A DNA stretch of 64,000 nt from Nostoc sp. DedSLP01 (GCA_034530875.2 JAVRCJ020000006.1:128001-192000), one strand, 5' to 3'. Positions 10,600 to 20,457 are shown, counted from the stretch's first letter. The notes: generated by a model not told the origin, from the sequence alone. Made by a program: numbers and translations.

Positions 10600-11877
10600 A
10601 TGAAAAAATTGGTATTACCTGCATTAAGGTCAAGAAACTACCAGCTATTTTTTGCCGGACAAGGTGTTTCCTTGATTGGGACGTGGATGACGCAACTTGC
10701 AACGATTTGGCTAGTTTATGATTTGACAAACTCCCCATTAATGCTAGGAGTTGTAGGATTTTCGAGCCAAATTCCGAGCTTTTTTCTAGCCCCTTTTGGT
10801 GGAGTATTTGTAGACAGATTTTCTCGATATCGTACCTTAATTGGCACGCAAATCTTGGCGATGATTCAGTCGTTAGCATTAGCGGTGCTGGCGCTGACTG
10901 GGGTAATTCAGGTATGGCAAATCATCGCCTTGAGTTTGTTTCAAGGATTTATCAATGCCTTAGATGCACCAGCACGGCAAGCATTTGTGCCGGAATTGGT
11001 CGAACGCAGGGAAGATTTAGCCAACGCGATCGCCATTAACTCTACAATGGTCAACGGTGCGCGATTAATTGGCCCTGCGATCGGGGGTTTACTAATTGCT
11101 GGTATTGGAGTTGCCTATTGTTTTTTAATAGATGGTTTGAGCTACATTGCTGTTATCGCTGCTTTGTTGGCAATGAAAGTTAAACCTTGGCAAAATTCCA
11201 TCAATGATGGTAATCCCTTGCAAAAAGTTAAAGAGGGATTTGTATATGCCTTTAACTTTCCCCCAATTCGAGCAGTTTTATTACTATCAGCTTTAGTTAG
11301 CCTTATTGGATTACAAAATACTATTCTCGTACCAATTATTGCCGAAGAAATTCTCAAAGGTGGCGCAGAAACCTTGGGGTTTTTGATGGCGGCTTCTGGA
11401 GTTGGAGCCTTATCAGGTGGTATTTATCTCGCTACACGCAAAACAATTTTGGGAATTGGTAAATTCATTGCTTTAGCTCCAGCAATTTTAGGAATTGGCC
11501 TGGTTAGCTTTTCTTTATCTCGATTTTTACCACTTTCTTTATTCAGTATGTTATTTGTTGGCTTGGGAACAATTCTGCAAATTGCCGCTAGCAATACATT
11601 TTTACAAACAATTGTGGAAGAAGATAAACGCGGCAGATTGATGAGCTTATACACAATGTCATTTTTGGGAATGATTCCCATAGGTAATTTATTAGGAGGT
11701 GCATTAGCAAATCGGATTGGCGCTACCAATACTTTATTTTTTGATGGTATAGCTTGTATTATCTTCTCTATTATTTTTAGCAGGCAGTTACCTGCTTTAA
11801 GACAAATAATGCGTCCAATTTATCAGGAAAAAGGCATTTTAAAGAGTAATGAACCTGAAGATAAAAAATATCACTAA
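10600..11877 (+). CDS. MFS transporter (DUF894/EntS-like)
   Basis: ALRSRNYQLFFAGQGVSLIGTWM, DAPARQAFVPELV, 12 TM pattern. Confidence 0.92.
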   Translation: MKKLVLPALRSRNYQLFFAGQGVSLIGTWMTQLATIWLVYDLTNSPLMLGVVGFSSQIPSFFLAPFGGVFVDRFSRYRTLIGTQILAMIQSLALAVLALTGVIQVWQIIALSLFQGFINALDAPARQAFVPELVERREDLANAIAINSTMVNGARLIGPAIGGLLIAGIGVAYCFLIDGLSYIAVIAALLAMKVKPWQNSINDGNPLQKVKEGFVYAFNFPPIRAVLLLSALVSLIGLQNTILVPIIAEEILKGGAETLGFLMAASGVGALSGGIYLATRKTILGIGKFIALAPAILGIGLVSFSLSRFLPLSLFSMLFVGLGTILQIAASNTFLQTIVEEDKRGRLMSLYTMSFLGMIPIGNLLGGALANRIGATNTLFFDGIACIIFSIIFSRQLPALRQIMRPIYQEKGILKSNEPEDKKYH

Positions 11878-11934
11878 ATGTATAAAATATAATCATAAAT
11901 TTTTTGCTACTTCACCTTGAGTTGAAACAACACT

Positions 11935-13530
11935 ATGGCTAATACAGGTGTAATTCGTCAGCAAGGGCAAAATCCTGCTCTACCACCAGATCGGGTACCG
12001 CTAAGAACCTGGATTGGTGTATTAGCAAGTATGCTTGGTGCATTCATGGCGGTATTAGATATTCAAATCACGAATGCTTCCCTGCAAGATATTCAAGCCA
12101 GTTTAGGGGCAACTCTAGAAGAAGGTTCTTGGATTTCTACTGCGTATCTGGTTGCTGAAATTGTAGTAATTCCTTTAACAGGATGGTTATCAAGAGTCTT
12201 TTCTCTGCGACGCTATCTGTTAGTAAATACTGCATTATTTATTTTCTTTTCTATATGCTGTGCTTGGGCGTGGAATTTGAATTCAATGATTTTATTCCGC
12301 GCTTTACAAGGTTTTTGTGGAGGAGTACTCATTCCTACCGCGATGACAATTGTCTTAACGACCTTACCAGCATCAAAGCAATCAGTGGGGTTGGCTGCAT
12401 TTGGTTTTAGTGCAGTTTTTGCTCCATCAATCGGGCCGACATTAGGAGGTTGGCTAACTGAAAATTTTGGTTGGGAATATAACTTTTATATCAATTTAAT
12501 TCCAGGCGCATTAATGTTAGCTGGCGTTTGGTATGGAATTAAGCAAGAAGCAGCCCAAATTAGTTTACTCAAACAAGGTGACTGGTGGGGAATTATTGCA
12601 ATGGCGATCGGATTAGGTTCCCTGCAAGTTGTTTTAGAAGAAGGTAGCCGTAAAGATTGGTTTGGTTCGGCGTTAATTGTGCGTCTAACTGTAATTGCAG
12701 TAATTTTTCTAGCAATATTTTTCTTTATAGAATTAACTCGCAAACAACCATTTATTAATTTGCGGCTGTTGTTTAGGCGTAACTTTGGTTTAGCCAGTAT
12801 TGTGAATGTATCTTTGGGTGTAGGATTGTATGGTTCAATTTATATTTTACCGTTGTATCTTGCTCAAATTCAAAAATATAATGCGCTACAAATTGGTGAA
12901 GTATTGATGTGGGCTGGGATTCCGCAACTATTTATTATTCCTTTTATACCTAAATTGATGCAACGCTTTGATGTGCGTTTCATGGTCGCTGTTGGCGTAA
13001 CTTTATTTGCCGTAAGTGCATTTATGAATGCTGGAATGACTAATGAAACAGGATTAGATCAGTTACGCTGGTCGCAATTTGTACGCGCAATGGGACAACC
13101 TTTAATTATGGTACCTCTGAGTTCTATTGCCACTGGTGGATTAAGTCCAAAAGAAGCAGGTTCAGCGAGTGGTCTATTTAATATGATGCGGAATTTAGGA
13201 GGTTCTATCGGAATTGCTTCTTTGGCAACTTTATTAACAAATAGAGAGCAATTTCACTCCAATAGATTGGGCGATGGCATATCTTTGTATGACCCGACAA
13301 CTCAACAGCGAATTGACCAGATGACACAGTATTTTATCAGCCGAGGAGCAGATTTAAGTACGGCACAAAATCAGGCGATCGCATCTATATCAAATATTGT
13401 ACGTCGCGAAGCATTTGTCATGGCTTTTAACGATTGTTTCTACTTTATTGGCATTGCTTTATTACTAAGTGGAATTGCCATTTTATTCTTTAAAAAAGTC
13501 AAGGCAAGTGGTAGTGCTGTCGCTCATTAA
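11935..13530 (+). CDS. DHA2 family (EmrB/QacA) MFS efflux permease
   Basis: GAFMAVLDIQITN, WISTAYL, ASGLFNMMRNLGGSIG. Confidence 0.95.
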   Translation: MANTGVIRQQGQNPALPPDRVPLRTWIGVLASMLGAFMAVLDIQITNASLQDIQASLGATLEEGSWISTAYLVAEIVVIPLTGWLSRVFSLRRYLLVNTALFIFFSICCAWAWNLNSMILFRALQGFCGGVLIPTAMTIVLTTLPASKQSVGLAAFGFSAVFAPSIGPTLGGWLTENFGWEYNFYINLIPGALMLAGVWYGIKQEAAQISLLKQGDWWGIIAMAIGLGSLQVVLEEGSRKDWFGSALIVRLTVIAVIFLAIFFFIELTRKQPFINLRLLFRRNFGLASIVNVSLGVGLYGSIYILPLYLAQIQKYNALQIGEVLMWAGIPQLFIIPFIPKLMQRFDVRFMVAVGVTLFAVSAFMNAGMTNETGLDQLRWSQFVRAMGQPLIMVPLSSIATGGLSPKEAGSASGLFNMMRNLGGSIGIASLATLLTNREQFHSNRLGDGISLYDPTTQQRIDQMTQYFISRGADLSTAQNQAIASISNIVRREAFVMAFNDCFYFIGIALLLSGIAILFFKKVKASGSAVAH

Positions 13531-13535
13531 AAGGC

Positions 13536-13694
13536 CGAATGAGTGTGGAATGCTTCCGTCGTAATGAATAAGGGCATTGGGTACTTTATCCTTATGAAAA
13601 AGGAGACGAGGTACATTTAGCGAGTGTTGATTTTCGTTGTGCCATTGCAGCAATATATAAAGATGTAACAGTAGTAAAGGATAATAATTTTTAA
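13536..13694 (+). pseudogene. C-terminal fragment of a Uma2-family gene with internal stop
   Basis: Manual translation RMSVECFRRNE*GHWVLYPYEKGDEVHLASVDFRCAIAAIYKDV; TAA at 13569; 5' part missing. Confidence 0.7.
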
Positions 13695-14449
13695 TCCAAC
13701 ATTTCTGGGTCAATTCCTAAAGCATTTAGTTGTTCAACAGAAAGATTACGCAATTTCTCTACAATTCTTTCTCGCTTTTGTCGTTCAACTTCAGCGCGTT
13801 CTTCACCTGTTAGCAGTAAATTTCCTTGTGCATCCCACCACCGCAACCAAGGTAACTCTGCATTCTGATATAAACCCTGCCAAATTCCCAACTCTACCCC
13901 TAAAGGAGCAATTGGGTAATGTCCTCTTTCATTGGGTTTCATTAGTTGATAAGTAAAATCGGTGAGATGATACACCTCAACCTGAGCTTTTGCTACTTCA
14001 TAAATTCCATAATAAGGCACTCGAATTGCCTGCTCGTAAACCCAAAACTTGCCAACATTTCCACTTTCTCCTTGAGATGGCGGTGTTTTATCTCGTTCTT
14101 CTGAACCATCTCCAGAGACAAATTCCAACACAATTAAAGGTGCAACATACTCCTTCCACAGGACATAAGAACGCCGCATTTTACCATCGAGAGTAGGCGG
14201 TACATTGGGTACATAAAACCAATCTGGTGCCTCTGCGCCCTTTTCAGGAGGATCTGTTAATCGCCAGTAAATACCAGAATCTTGTCCAATACAATATTGT
14301 CCGTCAGGATGACGTTGTTCCAGAACAGGTTTAATTGAATCTGTAATTAAGATACTTTGGGGATGCTCCTGAAGATTTTTCACAAATTTACCATCTGAAT
14401 CTGGTAACTGAGTGTGGTCAGGTAAAGTTAATGCCGATAAGGAAGTCAT
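13691..14449 (-). CDS. Uma2 (DUF820) family putative endonuclease
   Basis: AEAPDWFYVP, PLIVLEFVS, GKFWVYEQ, WLRWWD. Confidence 0.93.
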   Translation of the reverse strand: MTSLSALTLPDHTQLPDSDGKFVKNLQEHPQSILITDSIKPVLEQRHPDGQYCIGQDSGIYWRLTDPPEKGAEAPDWFYVPNVPPTLDGKMRRSYVLWKEYVAPLIVLEFVSGDGSEERDKTPPSQGESGNVGKFWVYEQAIRVPYYGIYEVAKAQVEVYHLTDFTYQLMKPNERGHYPIAPLGVELGIWQGLYQNAELPWLRWWDAQGNLLLTGEERAEVERQKRERIVEKLRNLSVEQLNALGIDPEMLD

Positions 14450-14628
14450 AGGCTTTAACCGAGATTATATTTATATTTTGTTTATTATCTTAATAAATCT
14501 AACAAGCTTTGTTTCATAGAGTACTTGATATTTATGAATTTTGCACTCGTTAAATTTGCAATTAAGTATGCTTTTTGAATTCATGTAACTATATAGCAAT
14601 GGTTTAGATTTGTTTCACCAATTGAAAA

Positions 14629-15324
14629 TTAATAGATGGTAAGAAAAGATTTAAGCGTATTGAGTAATGGTTGTATAAATATATCCACTATTGGCTTTGT
14701 AAAACTAAGCAGAACCCCAATAGCAATCGCAAAAACAAAAGCCTGTTTAACAGAATAATTTTCTATTTTTTTCTCCATATCATCCAAACGTTTTACTAAA
14801 TAAGGAAGAGAAGAAACTAAATCAGGACTATTAATTAAGTCGGTTGGAATTGAATCATAACCTATCTTGTTTCGTGGATTTTCGTCTGCTTTATCCAAGT
14901 CTGTATACCATATAGCAAAAACCCTCTCACCTCTTCCTACATGAAAGTTAAGAGGCCCAGCATTATAAACAGCAAAAATTAGTTTTCCACTATAGCCAGG
15001 ATCGACATGAAAACCTGAAACATTGATCAGTCCACTTGATTTAAATTTAAATTTAATCGAAATAAATGCAAGTGCATTGTTAGGAACTTTGATTATTTCA
15101 GAAGTCATCAGAAATGCAAACTGTCCTGGAGGTATAGCAACAGTTTCTTTCTCTTTTAAAAGAATTTTTTTCCGATCTTTCAAAGGTGTATCAGGAAGGG
15201 CTGAAATATAAATTTCTTCCCCTAAACACAATTCATACGATGCAGACTGAATTTGATCGGCATTAAATGGTTCAATTAAATTAGGAAGATGAGATCTCAA
15301 AGTTTGTGATGACCAAAAACTCAT
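14629..15324 (-). CDS. dCTP deaminase/dUTPase-fold protein with C-terminal coiled coil and transmembrane helix
   Basis: IQSASYELCLG, IPPGQF, HVDPGYSGKL motifs; hydrophobic tail AFVFAIAIGVLLSF. Confidence 0.85.
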   Translation of the reverse strand: MSFWSSQTLRSHLPNLIEPFNADQIQSASYELCLGEEIYISALPDTPLKDRKKILLKEKETVAIPPGQFAFLMTSEIIKVPNNALAFISIKFKFKSSGLINVSGFHVDPGYSGKLIFAVYNAGPLNFHVGRGERVFAIWYTDLDKADENPRNKIGYDSIPTDLINSPDLVSSLPYLVKRLDDMEKKIENYSVKQAFVFAIAIGVLLSFTKPIVDIFIQPLLNTLKSFLTIY

Positions 15325-15854
15325 TTGTTTATCCGCAAGATATCGTTTAGTGAATGTTTTATCTCCACAGAGGCTAAACGTCGTCTAGACTCTTCTAAAA
15401 TAGAAATATTTCGTGAGTGTGCTTCACGAAGTAGAAGGTAAAAAAACTTTCGTATATTTCTATTCCAGGTAGCTCGAATCGGGTAATCTTCTTGGTGATC
15501 TGTTGCTTCACAAGCCTTAGCGAGTTCAGCAAGGAGCAGAATATATTCATCAATGAAATTACCGTTAATAGAATTAATTTTATCAATCAGCAGCTCTTTT
15601 GCTAAATAAATTCCTAATAAGTTACTTGCAGAAACAATCATTATAAATGAATCAATAAATGCCCTATTGTTTTCTGCTGCTGATATAGGTATAGATGAAA
15701 GAATTCCGAGATATTTAACGAGATGCAAGGCAATATGATTCATTCGCCTAGAAATATCAAGTACAACTATTTCATGATGGTAAATTTCATCATGCTTCAT
15801 TTGTAGACGTTGATAAGCATTTAATTCTTCAGTTGAAATTAGTTTGTTTAACAT
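15321..15854 (-). CDS. Hypothetical all-alpha protein, MazG/NTP-pyrophosphohydrolase-like
   Basis: Helical pattern HLVKYLG..DSFIMIVSASNLLGI and LAELAKACEATDH..; ATGA overlap with downstream gene. Confidence 0.6.
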   Translation of the reverse strand: MLNKLISTEELNAYQRLQMKHDEIYHHEIVVLDISRRMNHIALHLVKYLGILSSIPISAAENNRAFIDSFIMIVSASNLLGIYLAKELLIDKINSINGNFIDEYILLLAELAKACEATDHQEDYPIRATWNRNIRKFFYLLLREAHSRNISILEESRRRLASVEIKHSLNDILRINK

Positions 15855-16096
15855 GACGTTTACACTGATTTAATTCTTAAAATTTAGTCAGCCTATCTCC
15901 CTTAATTTAGGTATTTAGAGAGTTAGAATAACAATTTTGTATTTGACACCCTCATATTAGTGACTAAACAGACTGTAATCTTTACAACACCTTTAAATGA
16001 GTGATTAAACTGATAGCTTTTTTATAATACATCAATAAGTATAAAGAGGTATAAAGTTACCGCAAGTCATCTGTAATCTAATTAACAGTAGCTCAA

Positions 16097-16192
16097 TATA
16101 GCATTTCCTGTTATGGTGAAGTACAAGGTAGAAGCGAATAGCTTTGCGCCTCTACAAATTTCTGTACCTCAATTTGATTGGGAACCGTTATA
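16097..16192. mobile_element. Short MITE-like palindromic element
   Basis: Imperfect terminal inverted repeats TATAGCATTTCC..GTGAAGTACA / TGTACCTCA..GGAACCGTTATA with internal GTAGA..TCTAC hairpin. Confidence 0.55.
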
Positions 16193-16319
16193 ATAGCATT
16201 TTTTCTTTTATTATCCTTAAATATTACTTGAAAAATGTTATTAGTTTACAGTGATTATTCTACCATTCAACAAGCACAGAATTTGATTTTGTTATATTAT
16301 TTGAAATCTCGTATTTTGT

Positions 16320-17453
16320 CTATACTATAGAATTTAAGTTTAAAGATAATTCCTGAAAATTACTATTATTCAGTTGTTGCAGATTATGAATACTGAAATT
16401 TGGCAATTTATACTCTAAGCCTTGTTTTACTTTGCTGTTAATTCGCCATTTAGGTGGATAAAAATAATCAATGGGTTGAGGCGTTGAAATAAATTTAGAC
16501 TTTATCTTTTTACGATTACTTTTCAAATCAGGAAAAGCTGCTCGGCAGTATTTATCAGTTTCACAAAATAAATTTTGACAGTCTATAGCCTGTAGCGGAC
16601 GACCCCAAAGTGATTGAAAATTTAATCCCAAACGCTGAAATTCTTTCTCTTGATTTTCAGTCATCCAATGAATAACATCTGTATATGTTTTACCTTCTGT
16701 ATCAATAAAACATTTGTTAATACCACGTTCGGCACCTGGGCCTGCTATAGTAAAACTATTCTCGTCAAAGTTGATAATTTCACTATAGTTAATATCTGTG
16801 GCTAATTGGTAAGCCATAAACTTACCCAATAAGGGATATTCTTGAATTATTTGAAAAACAGCTTCAAAACTTTTGGCTTTGACTATGTTATTTACTACCC
16901 TATCTTGGACAACCATTTTATCAATTAATGCTAAATGATTTTGGTGTTTTTTATCATAACCGAACTCTTTGCTGGCACAAGACATATAGGCACTAGTATA
17001 AATAACATACCCAAGATTCATCGCTTCTTGCAAGATGTTTGAATATACATTAAAATCAAAGTTAGATAATGTAATATAGTCGCCTATTTGTTTCTCTAAA
17101 TATTCCCAGGTTTCTATCTTATTAAAGATTTTAAATAGTAAAATTCTGAAGATTACTTCTTCTTCATTTTTGCTTCTATTATCATCATAAATTACGTTTT
17201 TAATCAGATATTGTGAAACGCGATCGCTTGCTCGATATGCGTTACAAAACTTATAAGTATTAATAATGGGATCGCTTGTCCAAGGCGGTGGTAGATTGTT
17301 AATTTTGTTGAAAAATACTTCTTGGCGCATAGCAGCAAATCGCCAATAGGTATCAAAAATTTCTTGTCTTACTCGCATATACTGTTCTCTTGGCTTGCGC
17401 TCATCAGTTTTGCCTCTAGAAATCTGATTATACGACAACTGTCGTATAATCAT
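16320..17453 (-). CDS. aGPT-Pplase1 / amino acid:DNA transferase-like protein (HhH glycosylase fold, DNA base hypermodification family)
   Basis: YWRFAAMRQ..PWTSDPII..YKFCNAYRASDRVSQ, LGKFMAYQLATD, AGPGAERGI, DCQNLFCETDKY. Confidence 0.85.
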   Translation of the reverse strand: MIIRQLSYNQISRGKTDERKPREQYMRVRQEIFDTYWRFAAMRQEVFFNKINNLPPPWTSDPIINTYKFCNAYRASDRVSQYLIKNVIYDDNRSKNEEEVIFRILLFKIFNKIETWEYLEKQIGDYITLSNFDFNVYSNILQEAMNLGYVIYTSAYMSCASKEFGYDKKHQNHLALIDKMVVQDRVVNNIVKAKSFEAVFQIIQEYPLLGKFMAYQLATDINYSEIINFDENSFTIAGPGAERGINKCFIDTEGKTYTDVIHWMTENQEKEFQRLGLNFQSLWGRPLQAIDCQNLFCETDKYCRAAFPDLKSNRKKIKSKFISTPQPIDYFYPPKWRINSKVKQGLEYKLPNFSIHNLQQLNNSNFQELSLNLNSIV

Positions 17454-17529
17454 CTACAGCGATCGCATTTTTGACAAACTACCTTCAAAGCAAATGTTTT
17501 TAACTTTTATCTCTTGAAAAATATAACTT

Positions 17530-18198
17530 TTATGAAATACTAGGATCGTCTGCTTTTTTTATTTCTTCCAAGATTTTTTGAACTTGATTAACTTTTTCAT
17601 TTCTATTCTGTTCTTTAAAAATATTTAAAGCTTTCTCTAGAGAAGAGATTGCCTCATCTTGTTTATTTGTTTGCCACATTGCCAGAGCAAAGTTAGTTAG
17701 TGCTTCAGCATAATTCGGATTAATTTCTAAAGCTTTCTGGTATTGAGAAATAGCGTCTTGCCAGCGATTGTCGCTAGCATAGACCATACCAATAGCATTG
17801 TAGGCTAAAGCATATTTTGGCTGGAGGCGGATCGCTTCTTTGTAGGCGCTAATTGCTTCTTCTGATTTCTTTTGCCGAAAAAGTACGTTTCCTAGTTGAA
17901 AGTGTCCAAAGGCATCTTTAGGAAATTGTTTAATGAATTTGCGTAAATTTTCCTCTGCACCCTTCAAGTCTCCTTGATTGTACAAAGCATTGGCTTGTTG
18001 GAGAATTTGCGATCGCTCTGATGGCCCTTGGTCTGAAAATTGCGCTAGTTTCTGTATTTGTCTTGTGGGATACTGTTGAGGCGAATGCAAAGAAACTGCT
18101 AATACTGATGGTGATAGACCAATTGCAGTGATGATACTCAGTGTTATGCAGCTCAAAGGTTGAACAAATGCTGATTTCAGTTTGTTGTTCGCTTTCAT
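17530..18198 (-). CDS. Tetratricopeptide repeat protein with signal peptide
   Basis: Repeated AISAYKEAIRLQPKYALAY / AISQYQKALEINPNYAEA. Confidence 0.92.
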   Translation of the reverse strand: MKANNKLKSAFVQPLSCITLSIITAIGLSPSVLAVSLHSPQQYPTRQIQKLAQFSDQGPSERSQILQQANALYNQGDLKGAEENLRKFIKQFPKDAFGHFQLGNVLFRQKKSEEAISAYKEAIRLQPKYALAYNAIGMVYASDNRWQDAISQYQKALEINPNYAEALTNFALAMWQTNKQDEAISSLEKALNIFKEQNRNEKVNQVQKILEEIKKADDPSIS

Positions 18199-18286
18199 CG
18201 CCCTGAATGCCTCAATAGTGTTCTAATACTTATGATAAATTGCAGGTGCGTTACCAGGTAACGCCCCACAATTAATCTAGAAATTG

Positions 18287-20260
18287 CTACGCGCCTTCGC
18301 GCAATTTATCCAACACGCCTCTATCTTCTAAGGTAGAAGTATCGCCAGATACTTCTTCTCCCGCAGCGAGATTTCGCAATAATCGCCGCATAATCTTACC
18401 CGATCGCGTTTTCGGCAAAGCATCCGTAAAGCGAATTTCTCCAGGACGGGCGATCGCACCAATTTCTTTGACAACGTGTTGCTTGAGTTCTTTACTCAAT
18501 TCCTCACTTCCCTGGTAAGTGCCTTCTAATGTCACAAAAGCAACTACCTCTTCTCCTTTGAGTTCATCCGGCTTACCCACTACCGCTGCTTCTGCAACTG
18601 CTGGATGGGAAACTAAGGCTGATTCAACTTCCATTGTACCGAGTCGGTGTCCTGATACATTCAATACGTCATCAACGCGACCCATTACCCAGAAGTAACC
18701 ATCTTCATCGCGTCTAGCGCCATCACCAGCAAAATAAGTATAGTTCCCATCCTTGGGGGGGATGTGTTCCCAATAGGTGCGGCGGAAGCGTTCCGGATCG
18801 CCGTAGACTGTCCGCATCATTCCCGGCCAAGGATGGCGTACTGCTAAATAACCGCCTGCATTGTTGGGTACGGCATTTCCTTCTAAATCTACGATGTCTG
18901 CAAGAATTCCGGGGAAGGGAAGAGTTGCAGAACCGGGTTTAGTGGGAATTGCCCCTGGTAGGGGTGTAATCATGATACCGCCAGTTTCCGTTTGCCACCA
19001 AGTATCAACGATGGGACAGCGATCGCCACCAATCACGCGATGATACCACATCCAAGCTTCGGGGTTAATCGGTTCGCCGACGGTTCCCAGCAATCGCAAC
19101 GAAGATAAATTTCGCGCCTTGGGATGTTGTTCGCCCATCTTAATAAATGCCCGAATTGCCGTAGGTGCGGTATAAAAAATATTGACGCCGTATTTTTCAA
19201 TCACATCCCAGAAACAACCGGGATTAGAAGCACGGGGCGCACCTTCATACATGATGGTTGTTGCGCCGTTGGAAAGCGGGCCGTAGACAATGTAGCTGTG
19301 TCCAGTAATCCAACCTACATCGGCAGTACACCAGTATACATCTGTATCTTGCAGATCGAAAATCCACTTGGTGGTGATATGGGTATACAGATTATAGCCA
19401 GCAGTTGTATGCACCACACCTTTGGGTTTGCCCGTACTGCCGGAAGTGTAGAGGATAAACAGCATATCTTCGCTGTCCATCGGTTCGGCGGGACAATCTG
19501 CCGATGCATTTTTTTGCAGTTCGTGCCACCAATGGTCGCGTCCGCCTGACTGCATATAAGTTTCTTGTCCGGTGCGCTTGACAACAAGGACATTTTCTAC
19601 ATTGGGAACAGCACCGTTAGCTAAGGCTTTATCTACCTGTTCCTTGAGAGGAACGATCGCATCTTTGCGCCAGCCACCATCAGCAGTAATTACCAACTTA
19701 GCTTTAGCATCAATTAAGCGATCGCGTAAAGCTTCGGCACTAAAACCACCAAATACAACGCTGTGGGGTGCGCCAATTCTGGCACAAGCTAACATGGCGA
19801 TGGCAGCTTCGGGAATCATTGGCATATAAATACCAACGCGATCGCCTTTTTGTACGCCTAGTTGCTTCAACACATTGGCAAACTGACAAACTTCTCGGTG
19901 CAATTGGGCGTAGGTAAGGGTACGCGAGTCTCCTGGTTCGCCTTCCCATATCAGTGCAGCTTTATTTTTGCGCCAAGTAGTGAGGTGTCTGTCAAGACAG
20001 TTGTAAGAAATATTCATCTTACCGCCAACAAACCACTTAGCAAAAGGCGGTTGCCAATCTAGGACTGTATCCCATTTTTGGAACCAAGCTAATTCTGTAG
20101 CTGCCAAATCTGCCCAAAATTGCTGCGGATCGGCTTTAGCTTTGTCAGAAAGGCGCTGATAGTCTTCTAAGCTTTTGATATGGGCGTTTTGTGAAAATTC
20201 CGGGCTAGGATGGAAAAGGCGATTCTCTTGTAGGATTGATTCTATGGTTGGTTGAGACAT
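18287..20260 (-). CDS. acs: Acetyl-CoA synthetase
   Basis: [32 protein letters not shown]. Confidence 0.98.
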   Translation of the reverse strand: MSQPTIESILQENRLFHPSPEFSQNAHIKSLEDYQRLSDKAKADPQQFWADLAATELAWFQKWDTVLDWQPPFAKWFVGGKMNISYNCLDRHLTTWRKNKAALIWEGEPGDSRTLTYAQLHREVCQFANVLKQLGVQKGDRVGIYMPMIPEAAIAMLACARIGAPHSVVFGGFSAEALRDRLIDAKAKLVITADGGWRKDAIVPLKEQVDKALANGAVPNVENVLVVKRTGQETYMQSGGRDHWWHELQKNASADCPAEPMDSEDMLFILYTSGSTGKPKGVVHTTAGYNLYTHITTKWIFDLQDTDVYWCTADVGWITGHSYIVYGPLSNGATTIMYEGAPRASNPGCFWDVIEKYGVNIFYTAPTAIRAFIKMGEQHPKARNLSSLRLLGTVGEPINPEAWMWYHRVIGGDRCPIVDTWWQTETGGIMITPLPGAIPTKPGSATLPFPGILADIVDLEGNAVPNNAGGYLAVRHPWPGMMRTVYGDPERFRRTYWEHIPPKDGNYTYFAGDGARRDEDGYFWVMGRVDDVLNVSGHRLGTMEVESALVSHPAVAEAAVVGKPDELKGEEVVAFVTLEGTYQGSEELSKELKQHVVKEIGAIARPGEIRFTDALPKTRSGKIMRRLLRNLAAGEEVSGDTSTLEDRGVLDKLREGA

Positions 20261-20457
20261 AGTTTATCAGCGCGATCGCTATAGTTACTAAAAACTATTC
20301 TTAGCCCAGTTATGGTGTAGTGTGTTTAGATTTTCATTAAGCTGGGTGGAAATTGCTGAGTTATTAGTCATTCTGTGCGTCTGTGCGTCTCCCTCATTTT
20401 TTCCACTTACCACCCTCGATTGCTAAAACTAACGTCAGTAAAGTCGAGCTTAGACGC

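Noticed and set aside
14629..15324. Housekeeping dcd or dut gene symbol
   Set aside because: Catalytic residues look substituted and a TM tail is present
14629..17453. Prophage remnant
   Set aside because: No integrase, structural or replication genes and no att-like repeats seen
18861..20062. Antisense and alternative-frame ORFs inside acs (likewise in clpB, speA, ndhF, lpxD)
   Set aside because: Shadow ORFs of conserved genes with no independent signals
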